A stretch of DNA of 64,000 nt from Octopus vulgaris (GCA_951406725.2 OX597819.1:118048001-118112000); one strand, 5' to 3'. Positions 40,113 through 56,094 are shown, counted from the first letter of the stretch. The notes: generated by a model not told the origin, from the sequence alone. Program-made: numbers and translations.

Positions 40113-40440
40113 TAAATATTGAATTATAAATAAAGTAGCGGATATTTTAAAGATATGTTTTGGGTAGACCTATCGGAGGAGGAGAAACGAGTTTTACGAT
40201 GAAAAATATTCTGAAAAATTTCAAACTCGAGTGATAGGTTGTCTGTTTTTCTGGCGTTCTTCCTAGAGATAATATGATTTGTTTTGATAATCGCCGACCG
40301 CGCACACCTGTGCCGCTCTACATTCAGTGAAGCTTTACTTAGCGTCGAACTGTTATGTTGTACTGCTATTTCCAGCAGAAACTGGTGCCTTGTTATGCCA
40401 CTATTTCCGATATATATAAACACTCACACAGACAAACAAA
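40113..40440. repeat. Interspersed repeat, copy 2 of 3
   Basis: Near-identical to 38291-38620, same orientation; also ends acagacaaacaa + (TA)n. Confidence 0.9.
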
Positions 40441-41153
40441 TATATATATATATATATATATGGTAAATGAAAGACGGAAGATAGAATATACGGGAATATA
40501 TTATTGATCACGACAATTGTTTCGACAGATCTGGCATCTATCACTGGTTTAGAAGCATTCCGCCATGCAGATGTGTCTGAACGGGTGTTGAATAAATACA
40601 ACTTGTTGAATATGAGTCCCGCAATGTATCTTCTCATATAATAGAAAGAAAAGCAGCAAAACGAAGGAACTATTTTCATTTACATAGAATATTTTTAAAA
40701 AATCACAGATGTATAAAAGAAACGAATACAAAATACACATTGAAAAGTATTGAAATAACCGTTAAGAAATATGGATTTATGAAAGCCCTCAAGGAAGGTG
40801 CATAGCGCGTGCACACTCGCTCATAGAAGCAAGCGCGAAAATATATGCATACGCACACGTGTGGTATAGTGCACTCAAAATCAGAGAGCAAGTTAAATTT
40901 CTATTTGTTGTTTACATGAATGGAGAGGTTAAAAGTAAATTTCATTTATCCATACCTTAAAGTAAATTATGTTAACAGTTACTCAAATTCATTCCCGCAA
41001 CATTGTGCGAAAGTACAGTGATATGCGTGTAGTTATCTCCAGAGTCTTTCAGAAATTCTTTTAATGATCTTCTCTTTAGTCCAGAGAATATAGAGGGATT
41101 CCTCGGAGCAGAGACAACGTCTGGGAATTATATAAAATGTGTTCGTTTTATTC

Positions 41154-41239
41154 ACTTTCCCGAAGAGAAGATTGCATTGTTTATACCATTTATTCTTTTG
41201 AATAGTATCAGTGGAATTTTCGAAACATGTGTCGAAAGT
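41154..41239 (+). ncRNA. Type I hammerhead motif, family 4 homologue (one core substitution)
   Basis: actttc-CCGAAGA-gaagatt...aattttc-GAAAC atgt GT-C-gaaagt; 6-bp stem I; downstream ttgtgagatttttgctaccctggta matches the reverse complement of 37322-37346. Confidence 0.65.
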
Positions 41240-41434
41240 AAAAGTATTTGATTTACACCTACCGTAAACTCCATTTATTTATTCATATATTATTCAAAAT
41301 ATTCCACGTAAACACGAAGTTTCTACCTTTATTAACAAGGAGTTACAACATCTTTACTTGTGAGATTTTTGCTACCCTGGTAACTATTTATTTATTTTTC
41401 CGTGTTAATTGTTAACTAGGTAAAAATACACTCA

Positions 41435-41475
<41 letters not shown>

Positions 41476-41491
41476 ACATATATATATATAC

Positions 41492-41578
<87 letters not shown>

Positions 41579-41685
41579 CATATACATATGTTCATACATA
41601 CGTACACACACATGCATGTATATATGTATATATAATTTACATAATTTTAATTTGACGGATATTTGTACTCATCTTGGTTGTTGTT

Positions 41686-41731
41686 AACACAACGTTTCGG
41701 CTGATACACCCTCCAGCATTTATCAGGTGTC
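41686..41731 (-). ncRNA. Minimal type I hammerhead motif (family 5, one core substitution) in an element abutting (TAA)n
   Basis: Minus strand gacac-CTGATAA-at gctg gagggtgtat cagc c-GAAA cg T-T-gtgtt; palindromic AACGTT; the flank gatgagtacaaatatccgtcaaa recurs at ~62241-62263. Confidence 0.6.
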
Positions 41732-41781
41732 TTTCGGAAAGTTTGAACCTGAGTTCTCATTCCTCAGCTACTTTTCGATGA

Positions 41782-42492
<711 letters not shown>

Positions 42493-42513
42493 TATTATTA
42501 TTATTACTATTAC

Positions 42514-42574
<61 letters not shown>

Positions 42575-42604
42575 ATTATTATTATTATTATTATTATTAC
42601 ATTT

Positions 42605-42862
42605 ACAATGCAATATTATTTTTCCAGTGAAATAATGCAATATAAATGTAGAATTATAAATAATGTAGTGGATATTTAAAAATTTAGGTTTGGGGTATTT
42701 TTAGCGGAGGAGGAAATGAGTTTTACGATAAAAACGTATTTTGAAAAGTTCCAAACTCGAATGCTATGTTATCCGTTTTTCTGGCGTTCTTCCTAGAAAT
42801 AATACGAATTTTTATTTATATTCGCCGACCGCACACATTTTTGTCACTCTCCATTCAGTAAA
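42605..42862. repeat. Interspersed repeat, diverged copy 3
   Basis: aatgcaatattattttt...gaattataaataatgtagtggatattt...ttctggcgttcttcctagaaataata matches ~40078-40275. Confidence 0.75.
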
Positions 42863-42869
42863 GCATGTA

Positions 42870-43729
42870 TGTATGCTGTGAATAAACTGTCGTCTAAATT
42901 ACGGAAAGATGAAAATAACACTAAATTATTTTTAAATATATATTTTAAATATATATTTTGAAATTTAAAAGTGTAAATTTGTTCAATAAAATTGCCATTT
43001 GCTAAACCACATCCTCCAGATTACATCAGATCTACGGAAACTCTTCTGGGCGTCTGTCTCTATAAGTTGCCTAATGCTCTCATAGTTTTTCCCTTCAGTT
43101 CATCTGGGGTGTTACAAGGAGTTCTGCTGGAGTATCACACATCTGCGCCCCATACATAATAATCAATGGGGTTGCGGCCTGGGGAGTTAAGTGGCCAGAT
43201 GTTAGGGAGTGATGTGGTCGCAGAAATTGTCTGACAACAATGGCTTGGTGCTCCTTCTTGTATGGCATGATGCAGAGTCCTTTCAACAGCCACTCTCTTG
43301 GCCCATGGCATCTCTACCTCCTCCAGGGACTTTATGTAGTCCTCCGAGTTGAGTTTCAGGCGGTGTGCGAAGGTGAAGGGAGCATAACGTCATCATCACT
43401 AGTAATCACTCCAAGCATCATGATGTTGGCTGGATGTTTGATTTCGTCATTGTTTGTGCATGTTCTCAGATTGCTCTGTCCTCAGATTCACCCCTAAACT
43501 CTCTGAAATATTCGTATTGGAGCCTCGGCGCGAATGCCAAGCAATACGGTATGTCGTTTCGTTTCTCAATTTCTTGAAGAGTGAATTGCATCTTGGTACT
43601 ACTTTTCTTACTGACGGTGCCCAACGGACGCTACTATACTGAGTAATTGACAAAATCAAAAACTAACAATGCGCATACTCGAAATTTAAACAATATAAAA
43701 TGTCGACAATTTACACATCATACTCTGTA
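42870..43729 (-). mobile_element. Internally deleted Tc1/mariner-superfamily transposon (maT/DD37D-like)
   Basis: Minus strand KHPANIMMLGVITSDDDVMLPF...; DSASCHT; IWPLNSPGRNPIDYYVWGA; TIR-like TA-CAGAGTATGATGTGTAAATTGTCG at 43704-43729 with a degenerate match near 42870-42892. Confidence 0.75.
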
Positions 43730-44905
43730 TACATAGAACAAGTCTTAAAGAGAGTAAACCACATTCACACTTAGATTTGTATGAATGTTAGCGTGCATGC
43801 ACATGTGTGAGTAAGTGCGTGAGAGTGTGTGTTTGTATGTGCATGCGTGTTTCTGCATGAATGCGCGTGTGCGTGTTTATCTGTGTATGTCTATGTACGT
43901 GTGTGTGTGTCTATGTTTCTATGGGTGTATGTGTGCGTGTGTGTGTGTGTGTGCAAACATAATTTACATCCTTTATTTGTTCGAGCTAATAGATAAGCTA
44001 CAAGACCCATGCTTTGGAAGGTATATAAGTGGCTTAGTATTCAAAGAGATGTATACATTTAAATTAAATTTCATACTATTTACCTAACTGAAATTATAGC
44101 TAAAAATTTACTACGTTGTTGCACGAGCTTTATAACGATGTGTTCTGGGCACATTCGAGGCTGAGGATTCGCTGTCACGATGTTCCTAAGTCTATTTCTC
44201 TGTCGATGTTGTCGACTATATACATTGCTCATTGGTTTACTTTACAATACGTGTGTTAATGTGTATTAATACGCATACACATATAGAAGCTGAGAAGAGA
44301 GACCGTAATAAATTGATGCACAGATAGCCGTACAGCAAGGGATAGGTGATGGTGTAGTGGAAGATAGCGGCAGAGGGAACAATGGTTAGAAATCCTTACA
44401 TGTAATAGAGGATTGATTTTAAAATTAAGTCCTTTTTTAAGAAAATCTTTTAGATCACGATAAGAAATATATTTTGGATTATTGTAATACGAAAATAGGA
44501 AGGAGTTAAATAATTTGTTCTGTCATGTGTACTATTGCGGTCATTGGATTTTGATCACGGAAATGTGATATATTTATATAGCACAGCAGATTTTTGCATT
44601 TTTACTATACGCAAAGGAAAATTGCCTCCAATACAGAAATCTTGCAATCGATTTATAAATATAAATAATATTTCTTGTATTGGAACGTGTCCACCATTTT
44701 TTGGCAAAGAAATGTGAAGAATAAATCGACCATCAATACTTGAATGTAACAATATTTTATCGATCTCAGATAAAAAAACCTACGTTGCCTTCTGCAAAAT
44801 TTGAAATATGAATCTAAAGAAACGTTGTTATTTGTCGCTTAATATTTAGAATATAATATCGCGAATTTCGCCATCCATGAAAATGCAGTTGCTGCTACTG
44901 CCACA

Positions 44906-44975
<70 letters not shown>

Positions 44976-45059
44976 AAAAAAATACAGATGATGTTGCTGA
45001 TGATGATGAGATTGACTAGATTGATTGGACATTTCTGCACAAGAGCAAACTGGAAGGAA

Positions 45060-45600
45060 GCACAGATTTCACCAATACGGAGAAGTGTTCTGAACAGAGA
45101 GAAATCATAAGATACATTGTAATGAGTGCAATTAGCTCACACAGTACGAATATAAATGCAGGTATAACAACGTGGTCAGGTATGTCCACTGACAGTTGGG
45201 CGATGAAAGAAACGTCTAGAGAGGTCAGAGGGGGTATGAGATTGTGAGAAATAAAAAAAAAAAACGTTTGAGATATTATAAAAAATGTGACTACGACATA
45301 GAGTCCTTTCAGCCAGATATTGTGTTCATTGATGAAGATAGTCAAGAAATTAAGATCATATATGTTGTGATATCAGGGAGGCGAAAGATAAGGGAGTAAG
45401 AAACATGGTAGAAATACTAACAAACGAAGGAGTGATAAGAATGTTCTGGGGCATGAGGAAAGTGAGAGTGATACCGGTTGTACAGTCAACATGAGGAACA
45501 GTCCTTCAGGGGTTCTTGAATGCACATCGAGTATACTGAAGTAACAAGAAGGCTTGCTGTGATCCAGAAAACAACTATGCAAAGAAAAGACACAGGAGAA
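45060..45600 (+). pseudogene. Decayed R4/Dong-type LINE C-terminal fragment
   Basis: ECN*LTQYEYKCRYNNVVRYVH*QL; QPDIVFIDEDSQEIKIIYVVISG; VIPVVQST*GTV match the REL-LINE RHN..PD..D motifs. Confidence 0.65.
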
Positions 45601-45954
45601 AGACTTAATTGAAACGTTTGGTAATTACTTACTACGCGCTTGTAAATGAAGACGAAAATCTGACATTAACATTTGCCCAGTGTCAGAGAACGACAATAGT
45701 GATGATACTGATGATTATGGTAATGATGATGGTGATGATGATGATTATGATGATGATGAGGAGGAGGAGGAAGAGGAGGAGGAAGAGGAGGAGGAAGAGG
45801 AGGAGGAAGAGGAGGAGGTGGAGGTGCAGAGGTACGACGAAGACGACGTCGACGACAACAGTAATTATAATACGTTTTGTCTTGGTGAGCTACTTAAAAT
45901 ATGCTGCGCTCTCACTCACTCAACTACTACTACCACTACTACTAGTACTACTGG

Positions 45955-45995
<41 letters not shown>

Positions 45996-46041
45996 TTACT
46001 ACTACTACTACTACTACTATTACTACTACTACTACTACTAC

Positions 46042-46086
<45 letters not shown>

Positions 46087-46127
46087 TAATAATAATGATG
46101 ATAATAATATCAACAACAACAACAATG

Positions 46128-46178
<51 letters not shown>

Positions 46179-46224
46179 TAATATTTTATAAAAGGATTGA
46201 CGTAAATCTTCACATAGTTAAAGA

Positions 46225-47150
46225 GTCAAGACGAAGAGCGCAATGCGATTGTATGATATTTTATTTGTTGAACGATTTCAACATTACGTCTATCTTTGTC
46301 AAGTTCAAAATAAGAATTGATAAAAATTCAAAATTACAGAACTTTAACCGTAAAGTATGAACGAGAGCAACCAGCGTCTACACGTTGATGGAATGACATC
46401 ATCAGTTTTTAAGTTACAATTTTATAAAAGGCGAAAAGAAAAAGACAGCGAAAAATCGAAAAAAGAAGACGACAGAAAAAAAGGAAAGAAAAAGAGAGAA
46501 AGAAGAATATTTAATCAAACAGTCTTGTATAAATTTGATAATATTCTCCTGTCATCTTATTCCTTCCTCCAGGGCGTGATGTTAATAACCTTCAAGCATA
46601 TTTCTCCTCATACATTCTGAGAAGTGAAAGCCAAGCAGATTCAGAATATTTTCTGAGAATATGCACTTTCAAGTCTTCCTCAAAATTGCAGCCGCTTGAA
46701 ACGAAATTGTGCCTAACGTCGTATCTGTGCCCATTAAACATTTTGTGTAATTGTTCTGTTGTTCAACTAACATAAATTATGTTGTGTTTTATGAATTCTG
46801 CAGCATATAACAAATGGGAATCGTTACATGTTCCAACTTCTGTATAAATCATAACATTTCTAATATGATTTATGATGGAATTCACTTCACTCATGTTGCA
46901 CAATGAACAGGGCTTACTTCTCTTGCGGCTGTTTTTTTCTATTTCCTTTCGCCTGTTATGAAATTGTAACTTAAAATCTGATGATATCATCCATCAACAT
47001 GTGGACGCTGGTTTCTCTCGTTCATACTTTACGTTTAAATTTCTGCAATTTTGAATTTTTATCACTTCTTATTCTGCACTTGTCAAAGACAGACGTACCG
47101 TTGAAATATCGTTCAACTATTAAAATATCATGCAAACGAATCGCCCTCTT
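46225..47150. mobile_element. Long inverted-repeat (MITE/foldback-like) element between (TAA)n tracts
   Basis: ~220-bp arms 46225-46445 and 46930-47150 (e.g. cgtaaagtatgaacgagag / ctctcgttcatactttacg) with a ~480-bp spacer. Confidence 0.8.
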
Positions 47151-47238
47151 AATAATAATAATAATAATAATAATAATGATAATAATAATAATGATAATAA
47201 TGATAATAATAATAATCATAATGATGATAATAATAATG

Positions 47239-47295
<57 letters not shown>

Positions 47296-47314
47296 TTAAT
47301 AATAATAATAATAA

Positions 47315-47431
<117 letters not shown>

Positions 47432-47442
47432 ATAATAATATA

Positions 47443-47778
47443 AGGGGGAGCATCATAGCCATGTGTTGAGAGGGATTCTTTGGGGTTTGGATAATTCACC
47501 TCTGGAAACGGGTGGTTCTTTCAACATCCTTAAACAACCCTTATTCAGGGGCCTTTTGAGCGGGATGGGCTACTCAACTTGAAGAAAATTCTAACTGGGC
47601 CCCACCTGCAAGGTCATGTGCTGTTCATCTTGATATGAGATCACCATGTCGCACACATATGGTTGTGATGCATGTGCCTGGTGTACCCTTATCAGACGGG
47701 TAGTCATGATGGGTATATTGGGCTTCGTATATTTTACCCCAGTGTCACTTTGATGGCATGAACTGCTCTCTCACTCAA
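47443..47778 (+). mobile_element. GC-richer insert in (TAA)n, probable 3' end of a microsatellite-targeting LINE
   Basis: Sharp boundaries, (TAA)n upstream and ending ctctctcactc-(aat)n; no diagnostic protein motif seen. Confidence 0.45.
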
Positions 47779-48779
47779 TAATAATAATACCAGGATCTCA
47801 TGGTTTCTGATACATAGTCTTCATCGTCACAAAACTTTTTCACCCTAGCAAGAGGAGTCAGGAGATATAGAAGTATTTTGCAGCCAAATAAAACATGGCG
47901 AGCCAACTAAAGATACATTCGAGAAACATACTAGATTTCCCCACCCGTGATAGACATATTTCCATAAGTCAATAATGCTTGGACACAGGACAACTCTATG
48001 CTGACCCGATTGATGCAATATCCATGCCTCTTGATATTGTTTCAAAAGAACAATTCCCTACGATGTCATTGCCAAGCTAGTTTTTTTCTTTCTGCTTGTA
48101 CCAATAGTTTATAACGCGAAACTTCCGCAAAATAGACTAAGACATTTTTGACGATTATTCGTGATTCTTCAAATACAATAGTGTACTATATATCACTAAG
48201 GTGATAGATATCAGACTAATATCCGGTTCTTCTATTCTAGAGAGTAAATAGAACGTCATCTTCGATGCACATCTGAAATTTGTGGCTTATTAGAAAGCCT
48301 CGCAAACGTACTGAAAGTTTTCATTCTATATCATAGATAGATATTATACCACTGTCATATGCTAAATAACTTGCGGTCATCCATATCGTATATGAAGTGA
48401 TAGCATTTTGTGAGACGCTTCTTTCCACATCTCGAGAAATCTGCAGTCCTGTGACAAGAAAAAGAGCTACGCAGGACTTTTGGCACCTGGATTGTCCTCA
48501 AACGAAGATAAGCTGCAAAATTGGAGCAATGCAGAAAGTAAAAATTTTATATTTACACAGGCGATATACAGAGTACTAATTACGAGAAGACATTATGACA
48601 TTAAAACATTAAAATTGAATGAAGTGAACTTGTTGAACATATTTTCAACATTTTCGGACCGTAGCACATGGAATATTTCCAGACATTGTCGTATTGCTCA
48701 GGCCATGCCTAATCGATATAAAATCTGCAGCCAGAGAAGTGGCAATATGTTCGTTCTAGAAGGAAGCTTTTCTGAATAA

Positions 48780-48864
48780 GAGTGGCTGTGCGGTAAGTAG
48801 CTTGCTTACCAGCCACATGGTTCCGGTTTCAGTCCCACTGCGTGGCACCTAGGCAAGTATCTTC

Positions 48865-48905
<41 letters not shown>

Positions 48906-49152
48906 TGTGTGTGTGTGTGTGTGCGTGTATTTGTGTTTGTGTGTGTGTGTGTTTGTGTGTCTGTGTTGTCCCCTCAACATCGCTTGACAACCGATGCTGG
49001 TGTGGTTACATCCCCGTAACTTAGCGGTTCGTCGAAAGAGACCGATAGAATAAGTACTAGTCTTACAAAGAATAAGTCCCGGAGTGAATTTGCTCGACTA
49101 AAAGGCGGTGTTCCAGCATGGCCACAGTCAAATGACTGAAACAAGTAAAAGA
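48780..49152 (+). mobile_element. SINE family A with internal deletion
   Basis: gagtggctgtgcggtaagtagcttgc...(TA)n(TG)n...ggcggtgttccagcatggccacagtcaaatgactgaaacaagtaaaag. Confidence 0.9.
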
Positions 49153-49644
49153 TACAAACCTAGATCCTAACAAATTGCGCAATTAGGGAATTATGTGGAA
49201 ACCATTCTATCTCCTGTGTAGTGTATACGGTTATCCTAGGCGTCTAACATGAGGTCATTCTGGGACACTTTCTGACAGATAAGCACTGCATGCCCTTTAG
49301 AAAAGAAGTTGTTTTCTTGATGGTAGATTTGTCGGCAGATCTTAAGTTGTGGACGAGATATAATAAGCTGAAATCAGACACCATCCAGCTTCCTTAAGCC
49401 GTTATCAAATTTCTCAAGGTTCACATACAAACACACGTTACTTTAGAGTGGGAAGAGCTGCTTTTCAGCAACGTTGTAAAGAAGTACGACGGAAGACAAT
49501 CCTTGCTTTATTGGTCAGCATGGCCTTAAATTTTGAAGGAGGTCTCGGAATAACAATGAGATGTCATTTCTTGTCTTAGTTTCGTTTTTTTCCGTCATGC
49601 CATTTTTAATCAATCTCAAATTATAGTTCGCCGTACCGTCCTCA

Positions 49645-49747
<103 letters not shown>

Positions 49748-49750
49748 TTT

Positions 49751-49783
<33 letters not shown>

Positions 49784-49859
49784 CCATCCTCATCATCCTC
49801 ATCCTCATCCTCATCATCCTCATCATCATCCTCGTCATCCTCATCATCATCATCATCAT

Positions 49860-49938
<79 letters not shown>

Positions 49939-49961
49939 CATCATCATCCTCATCCTTATCC

Positions 49962-49995
<34 letters not shown>

Positions 49996-50479
49996 TCATT
50001 ATTATTATTTTCCTGTACGTTCAATTTTGTTTCCATTTCTTTCCTAAGACAAATTAACTCACTGTATAAATTCATAGGCCACAAAACTAAAAACAGTGGG
50101 TTGTTCATTTTCAAAATGAATTGTAGCTATATGAAAATAAATTTAAATTACATTAGTAGTAATCGTTCTCACATCAATAATGCTGTTCTCTGTATGTTTG
50201 ACATGTCAGTTAAAACAACCATTTGCATTTCTTGCTGGATCGTAAGTCAGGGATCATTTTCACATAAATTTCATTTCCTTTTTTGGTCATTCCTAGTCCT
50301 CGTAACATAATTTATGTTGTAACCTCCTTGAGAAAATCGTTATATTTTTTAAGGCTGTCAAATTCTTTTGACAAGACATTATGATTGCAAGGACTATTTA
50401 TGTCGGTCAATAAAGAACATTTTATTGTTTTAGTCTTTCACAACAATATCTTGCTAAACAGCTTAAATATTCAGGTCTG

Positions 50480-50900
50480 TATATCTTGGAAACTTCGAAA
50501 GATTAGTTACATTTTCTCTCCCACTCACACCTTCAATGTAGGGATTAGGCAATTCATCGGCAGTTTTGATGTTACAATGCCGACACATTAACCAGTGTGG
50601 ATATTGACCAACTCTATCATGTCTTCATTTATACTCCACAGGTGTTAAAACTTTAATTCCGGAGATGTCTTTGTCCTCTGTTTCGAATAATTAATTGCAA
50701 AATCTGCACTTTTCATCACTTAAGCTTTGTAATTTCCGGATCAATAAGCTTTGATATTGAGCAGCGAAGATGAAACCTTCGCACGTTCCTTTTAGCCCGG
50801 AGCTTCGTAGCAACTTATCGGTGTGGTCCTGGTCAATATAAGATTGCTTGTTACGTGCCATATTTGCCATGTAGAGTTTTCTCTACGTACCTGTTAGATA
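50480..50900 (-). pseudogene. Decayed R4/Dong-type LINE fragment upstream of the CCHC motif
   Basis: EKTLHGKY...DQDHTDKLLRSSGLKGTCEGFIFAAQYQSL...KCRFCN matches KxLHGQ...LKxETEGFIxAAQDQ...CRxC. Confidence 0.7.
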
Positions 50901-51358
50901 ACGGCCCATGCGCTATTTTCATTGTAAATAATTGTAACAGGATTTGCTGTACCTCCCTAAGGTAAATCAGCATGGGGCGCATGCATGAAATCAATAACAA
51001 ATTTTTGCTCTCCTTTATGACAGAATAAACCGCCATAAGCCGTTCGTGAATTTCAACGAATTTTGAGCACACAGTTTTAATTTTTTAGGATATTTGGCCA
51101 GTCAAGTTATGGTGGTTTTGTGGGAGTTCAAACTGGATCAAGCGATGACCTCCTTGCGCATACGAAGGTAAAGACATTCCACATCTGCATTTGTGTGGTG
51201 CATTTAATGAAAATTCAGTAACTTGCGTAATTTTCTGTCAATTTCATTTAATTTACTGAGATTCAAGTTCAATACCGTCTGGAACTGCTGAGAAGATTAC
51301 CGTAATTACTTGTTAATAATAGTACATCTCCAGCGTTAGAAGCTGTGCAAAGGCCATG

Positions 51359-51517
<159 letters not shown>

Positions 51518-51957
51518 TCAATAATAATCATAATCAAATTTCTTCTTATTATTATTGTTAATATCATTATTACTATTATAAATAGTATTAGATGCATTAG
51601 TATTTCAATAAAATTTGTAATAATAATGATAATGTTATGTTTTAAAACGTGAATATTTGAATCAACAACGGAAGCATTGACGAAGTACCGGATGCAAAGA
51701 AAATATCCCCACTACACACACACGCACATATATATGTGTGTATATATATATATACATATATATGTATATATATATATATATATACATATTTACACATATA
51801 TATACATATATACATACATATATATACACATATATACATTTATACATATATACTTACATATATACACAAATATATACATATATATAAATATATATATAGA
51901 CATACATATATAAATATATATGGATATATACATATATACATATATATGTATATATAC

Positions 51958-52041
<84 letters not shown>

Positions 52042-52510
52042 ATTTGTATATGCATGTAAACACGCACGTTTTTTATGGCATATACAAACGCCTGTGAGTA
52101 TTTGTGTGCGCATGTGTGCGTATTAGAAGTTGCATAATTTGCCATTCTACCGTTTGTCTGAAATTCCATCAATAATAGTCAAAAAGAAGTTTCATATTAA
52201 AAATCAATATTTAAGAGAATAAAAAGGTAAAATGATGAGGAAATGCTGTAAACAAAATAGGTAACATATATTAGATGGTGCTGTGTAAATATTTCTCCTC
52301 GTAACAATAGAACATTCTACATTCTATTGAAGATTCTAGAGTAATTCCTGTAAACATGAATACCACTCTAAATATTTCTTTTTATTTGTTTTCTCATTTT
52401 GAAAGCTTATATTTTATATTTTAAGTTGTACACCACTCATGCACCAATCTATCTACCTATCTATCTATCTATCAATTTTTCTATCGTTCTTTCTTTCTCT
52501 CTCTCTCTCT

Positions 52511-52541
<31 letters not shown>

Positions 52542-52582
52542 TCTGATTAGAGAGTGAGAGAGCTACGTAGAAATATATACGC

Positions 52583-52615
<33 letters not shown>

Positions 52616-52626
52616 TATACATATAC

Positions 52627-52658
<32 letters not shown>

Positions 52659-52682
52659 GCATATATATATATACACACACAT

Positions 52683-52757
<75 letters not shown>

Positions 52758-55440
52758 CGTATATGTGTATGCGCGCGCGTATTTGTGTATTACTGTGTGT
52801 CTCTCTGTGTTAAGAAGAATGGAAAAATCGTAAACTCCTGGCCAACTATATAAATCAATTTCAAATCACGTGCATAACGAAAAGATTACGAAGAAGAGCA
52901 AAAAAACAATTTAGGTTGAACTGGCAGTACGTGCCAATCTTTGTATAATTTAATGCGATTAATTTAAATTCCGTGTATAAAAACACCAAATGTCCGGATT
53001 TTTATTGAAAATGACATCTAATTGATATGAAACAAAACAGAAATGTAGTAAGATAACGAAGGTGAAGAACATTATATATAAATGTATTATTTGCGAATTA
53101 CACCCTATAAAACAAATTACATTTACTGAATTTGAATGGCTAACACTCAGTGCGAAAAAGAAAAGCATTTTGACACGAACGAATTATGCAACATCCGTGT
53201 TGTAAAAAAAATAAGCGTGAAATATAATCTAAGTGACATTAGAATAGATACAGAAATATAGAGATACATGAGTGTAATTGATAGTGGTACAAGACACAAA
53301 GCAGGTGGACAATGGAAGCTTCCGAAGATGATAACATGTTTAAAACAAGAGAAAATATGAGTAAAATGATAGAATACCGACATCAAATTGAACAATATTA
53401 GTAAACATTAAAAAATAAAAAAATGGAACTGCAGAGACTTGTCAAATAAATGATGCAATTGTGATTCTGTTGAAATCTAAAGATCTGATTTTAATACAGA
53501 ATCTTTGAAATAATATCCATGGTAGGTACATTTCCCATCGCTGAAATGAATTTTTAGAATATCTTGTCAAATTTCCTAAAACCTGTATTTGTATAAAACT
53601 ATATAGTCAATTCCTACAAAAGCAGGATTAAATATGATCACAGAGTTTCGCAAACAAGCAGCCTCATCAAAATAACGCATTAGCTTCCTGAAGAATGCTG
53701 TTCGAACATGGGGAGCCTGTTCTTGTACTTATACTGAAAATTTAAAATAATATAGAAACCCAAAAGTAGCTGTTACAGAGGTAGGTACCATATGAATCGC
53801 AATAAATATACTTCCTCGGTGAATGCAATTGCAATGGCATCACATTAAAATTGCTAACTGTGAACCGTCCTTAGCCTATGCATACGTTGGAAAGATATGT
53901 AAATCAGGTTTCTCTTGGGTGGAGCAGCTTTTCGTTGACATGTTGAGTTATAAGCGCAATGCAGAGCGGATCGAGGCGAAGCAATTCGCAGCAGTAATGG
54001 ATGAGAACGACTGATGAGATTCGTCCTACTTGGAGATGGTCATGCGAGTTTTCCGCAGTAAAAGTGAATGCCTTACTTATTTCTTCCTATATACAGAATC
54101 ATAGAAGCACAGATTTCGGCTAAGCAAATGGCAGATTGGGACAACTTTCACCAGCAACTAATAGATCAAAAGAGCAAGACAAATCTCAAATTTTCATAAG
54201 TCACTGATACAACGATTTTCATCTTGCAGCTATAAATATTTGACACATCTCTATAAAACATAGAACATCATCCCTTTCAACACTGCAAATTAATTTATTA
54301 GGCTACACAGGTGACGATTTCAAATAAATTCACATTCCCTTAAGGGAATGAATGTATAATTTACTCTATTAACTCTAATTCCAAAAAGTGATGTTTTTGT
54401 GTTTTATGTTTGAGAAGTATCATAAATAGATACGAAATTCTGGAGTGTTTACTAACTCCGGTCAGAAAATATCCGATATATTATTGCATATAAAATCCTG
54501 ATATTCTCAGTCATGCATATGACAGCCTTAACTACCGGTGAATAAGACGTCATTTCTTTGCTTTAGTTCAGTTGTTATTTTGGCAAATCTATTTTTATGA
54601 CACGGTACAATGTGAAACTAATACATGCGATATAAATACAAATGCAGTTACAAGTAAAGCGTAGTCGTATGTGCGACGTCACACGCCGTATAGTCTCCCA
54701 CTATTCAATCGGCAAATTGATTCATGCATAGAGAAACCTGGAAGGAAGGAGTAAAGCTTGAATCCACCTTAAAAATACCTATAACTGAATACACACGCAA
54801 AGATTTATGTGGAATACATTCAGATTTAATGCTGAAGAAGACAAGACAAAGAGATTGACAGAAGAGAGAATTATTCCAGTGGATAAATTTATTGGACCTT
54901 CATGTTGAAGAAAATATTTTATCAAGAAGTACGCCTAAAGAATGAAGCTAAACATGAGAATTGCACAGGATATGACCGAAGGAGAGGAAGAAGATATATT
55001 ACTATTTCACATTTCCTTCATTATTAGAAGAAAGGGGTCATATGCATAAAATACATTGAATAATCTTAGAAAATGTAAGTTGAAATTTTAAGAAAAATGC
55101 GGTCAGTGAGAAAATTTCTGGGGCAGAAGTAATTAATAATTCTGTGAACTTTTAGTTTTAAGGAAATTGAATGCCCAAGTAAATTACAGAAACTGGTGTT
55201 AATGCACATGTCCATCAAAATGGGTGGATATGAAAAGTGATACTACTGTGTGCTTCTTTTCTTTGGAAGAAACGTTAACTTGTAGCATTTCACTGGAGAA
55301 AATTTGTGTTTCTTATATGGGAAGATATATGTGAGACGCAGTCGAAACTTACAAAACAGAGTTAACAACGAAAATTACGAACATTTAAAATTCAAGGACA
55401 CTTTTGAATATATTGATTTTAAAAGACACACAAACACACA

Positions 55441-55551
<111 letters not shown>

Positions 55552-56004
55552 TATATATCTATACAGAAACATATACACCCAGGTACATGCAATAAGACAT
55601 ATCTATAGTCAATATCGGAAACTCTAATGAAAACGATAGCAAACAATGCGCTGGTAAAACGTCAATCACATACAATAGGATATTCACAGCAACCTGAGAC
55701 ATGCCTGTGTGAATTCATCAGGATATGAAAACATTAATGATAGGACTACGAATGAAATATTCATCTATGTTATATCACATTCTTCGGAGAAGAATATTGC
55801 TTAGAATGAAATTAACTCAGAACCTGTCAAAATCTAAATTTCTTGTCATGAATTATAAATTGGAAATCTCGCCCAATAGTAATTTATTATTGATATTGCT
55901 TAAAGAAGAGAACAAATACAACAAAAAGAATATTTGATACATACGTACATACAGATGGATGTAGGTTCACATATCCATACGTCTTTGTGCGATATGTATG
56001 TACA

Positions 56005-56094
<90 letters not shown>

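Noticed and set aside
40505-40530. Minus-strand GAAAC-AATT-GTC half hammerhead
   Set aside because: No matching CUGAnGA or stem I partner found.
54011-54060. CTGATGAG motif
   Set aside because: No stem II-GAAA-UH continuation; probably chance.
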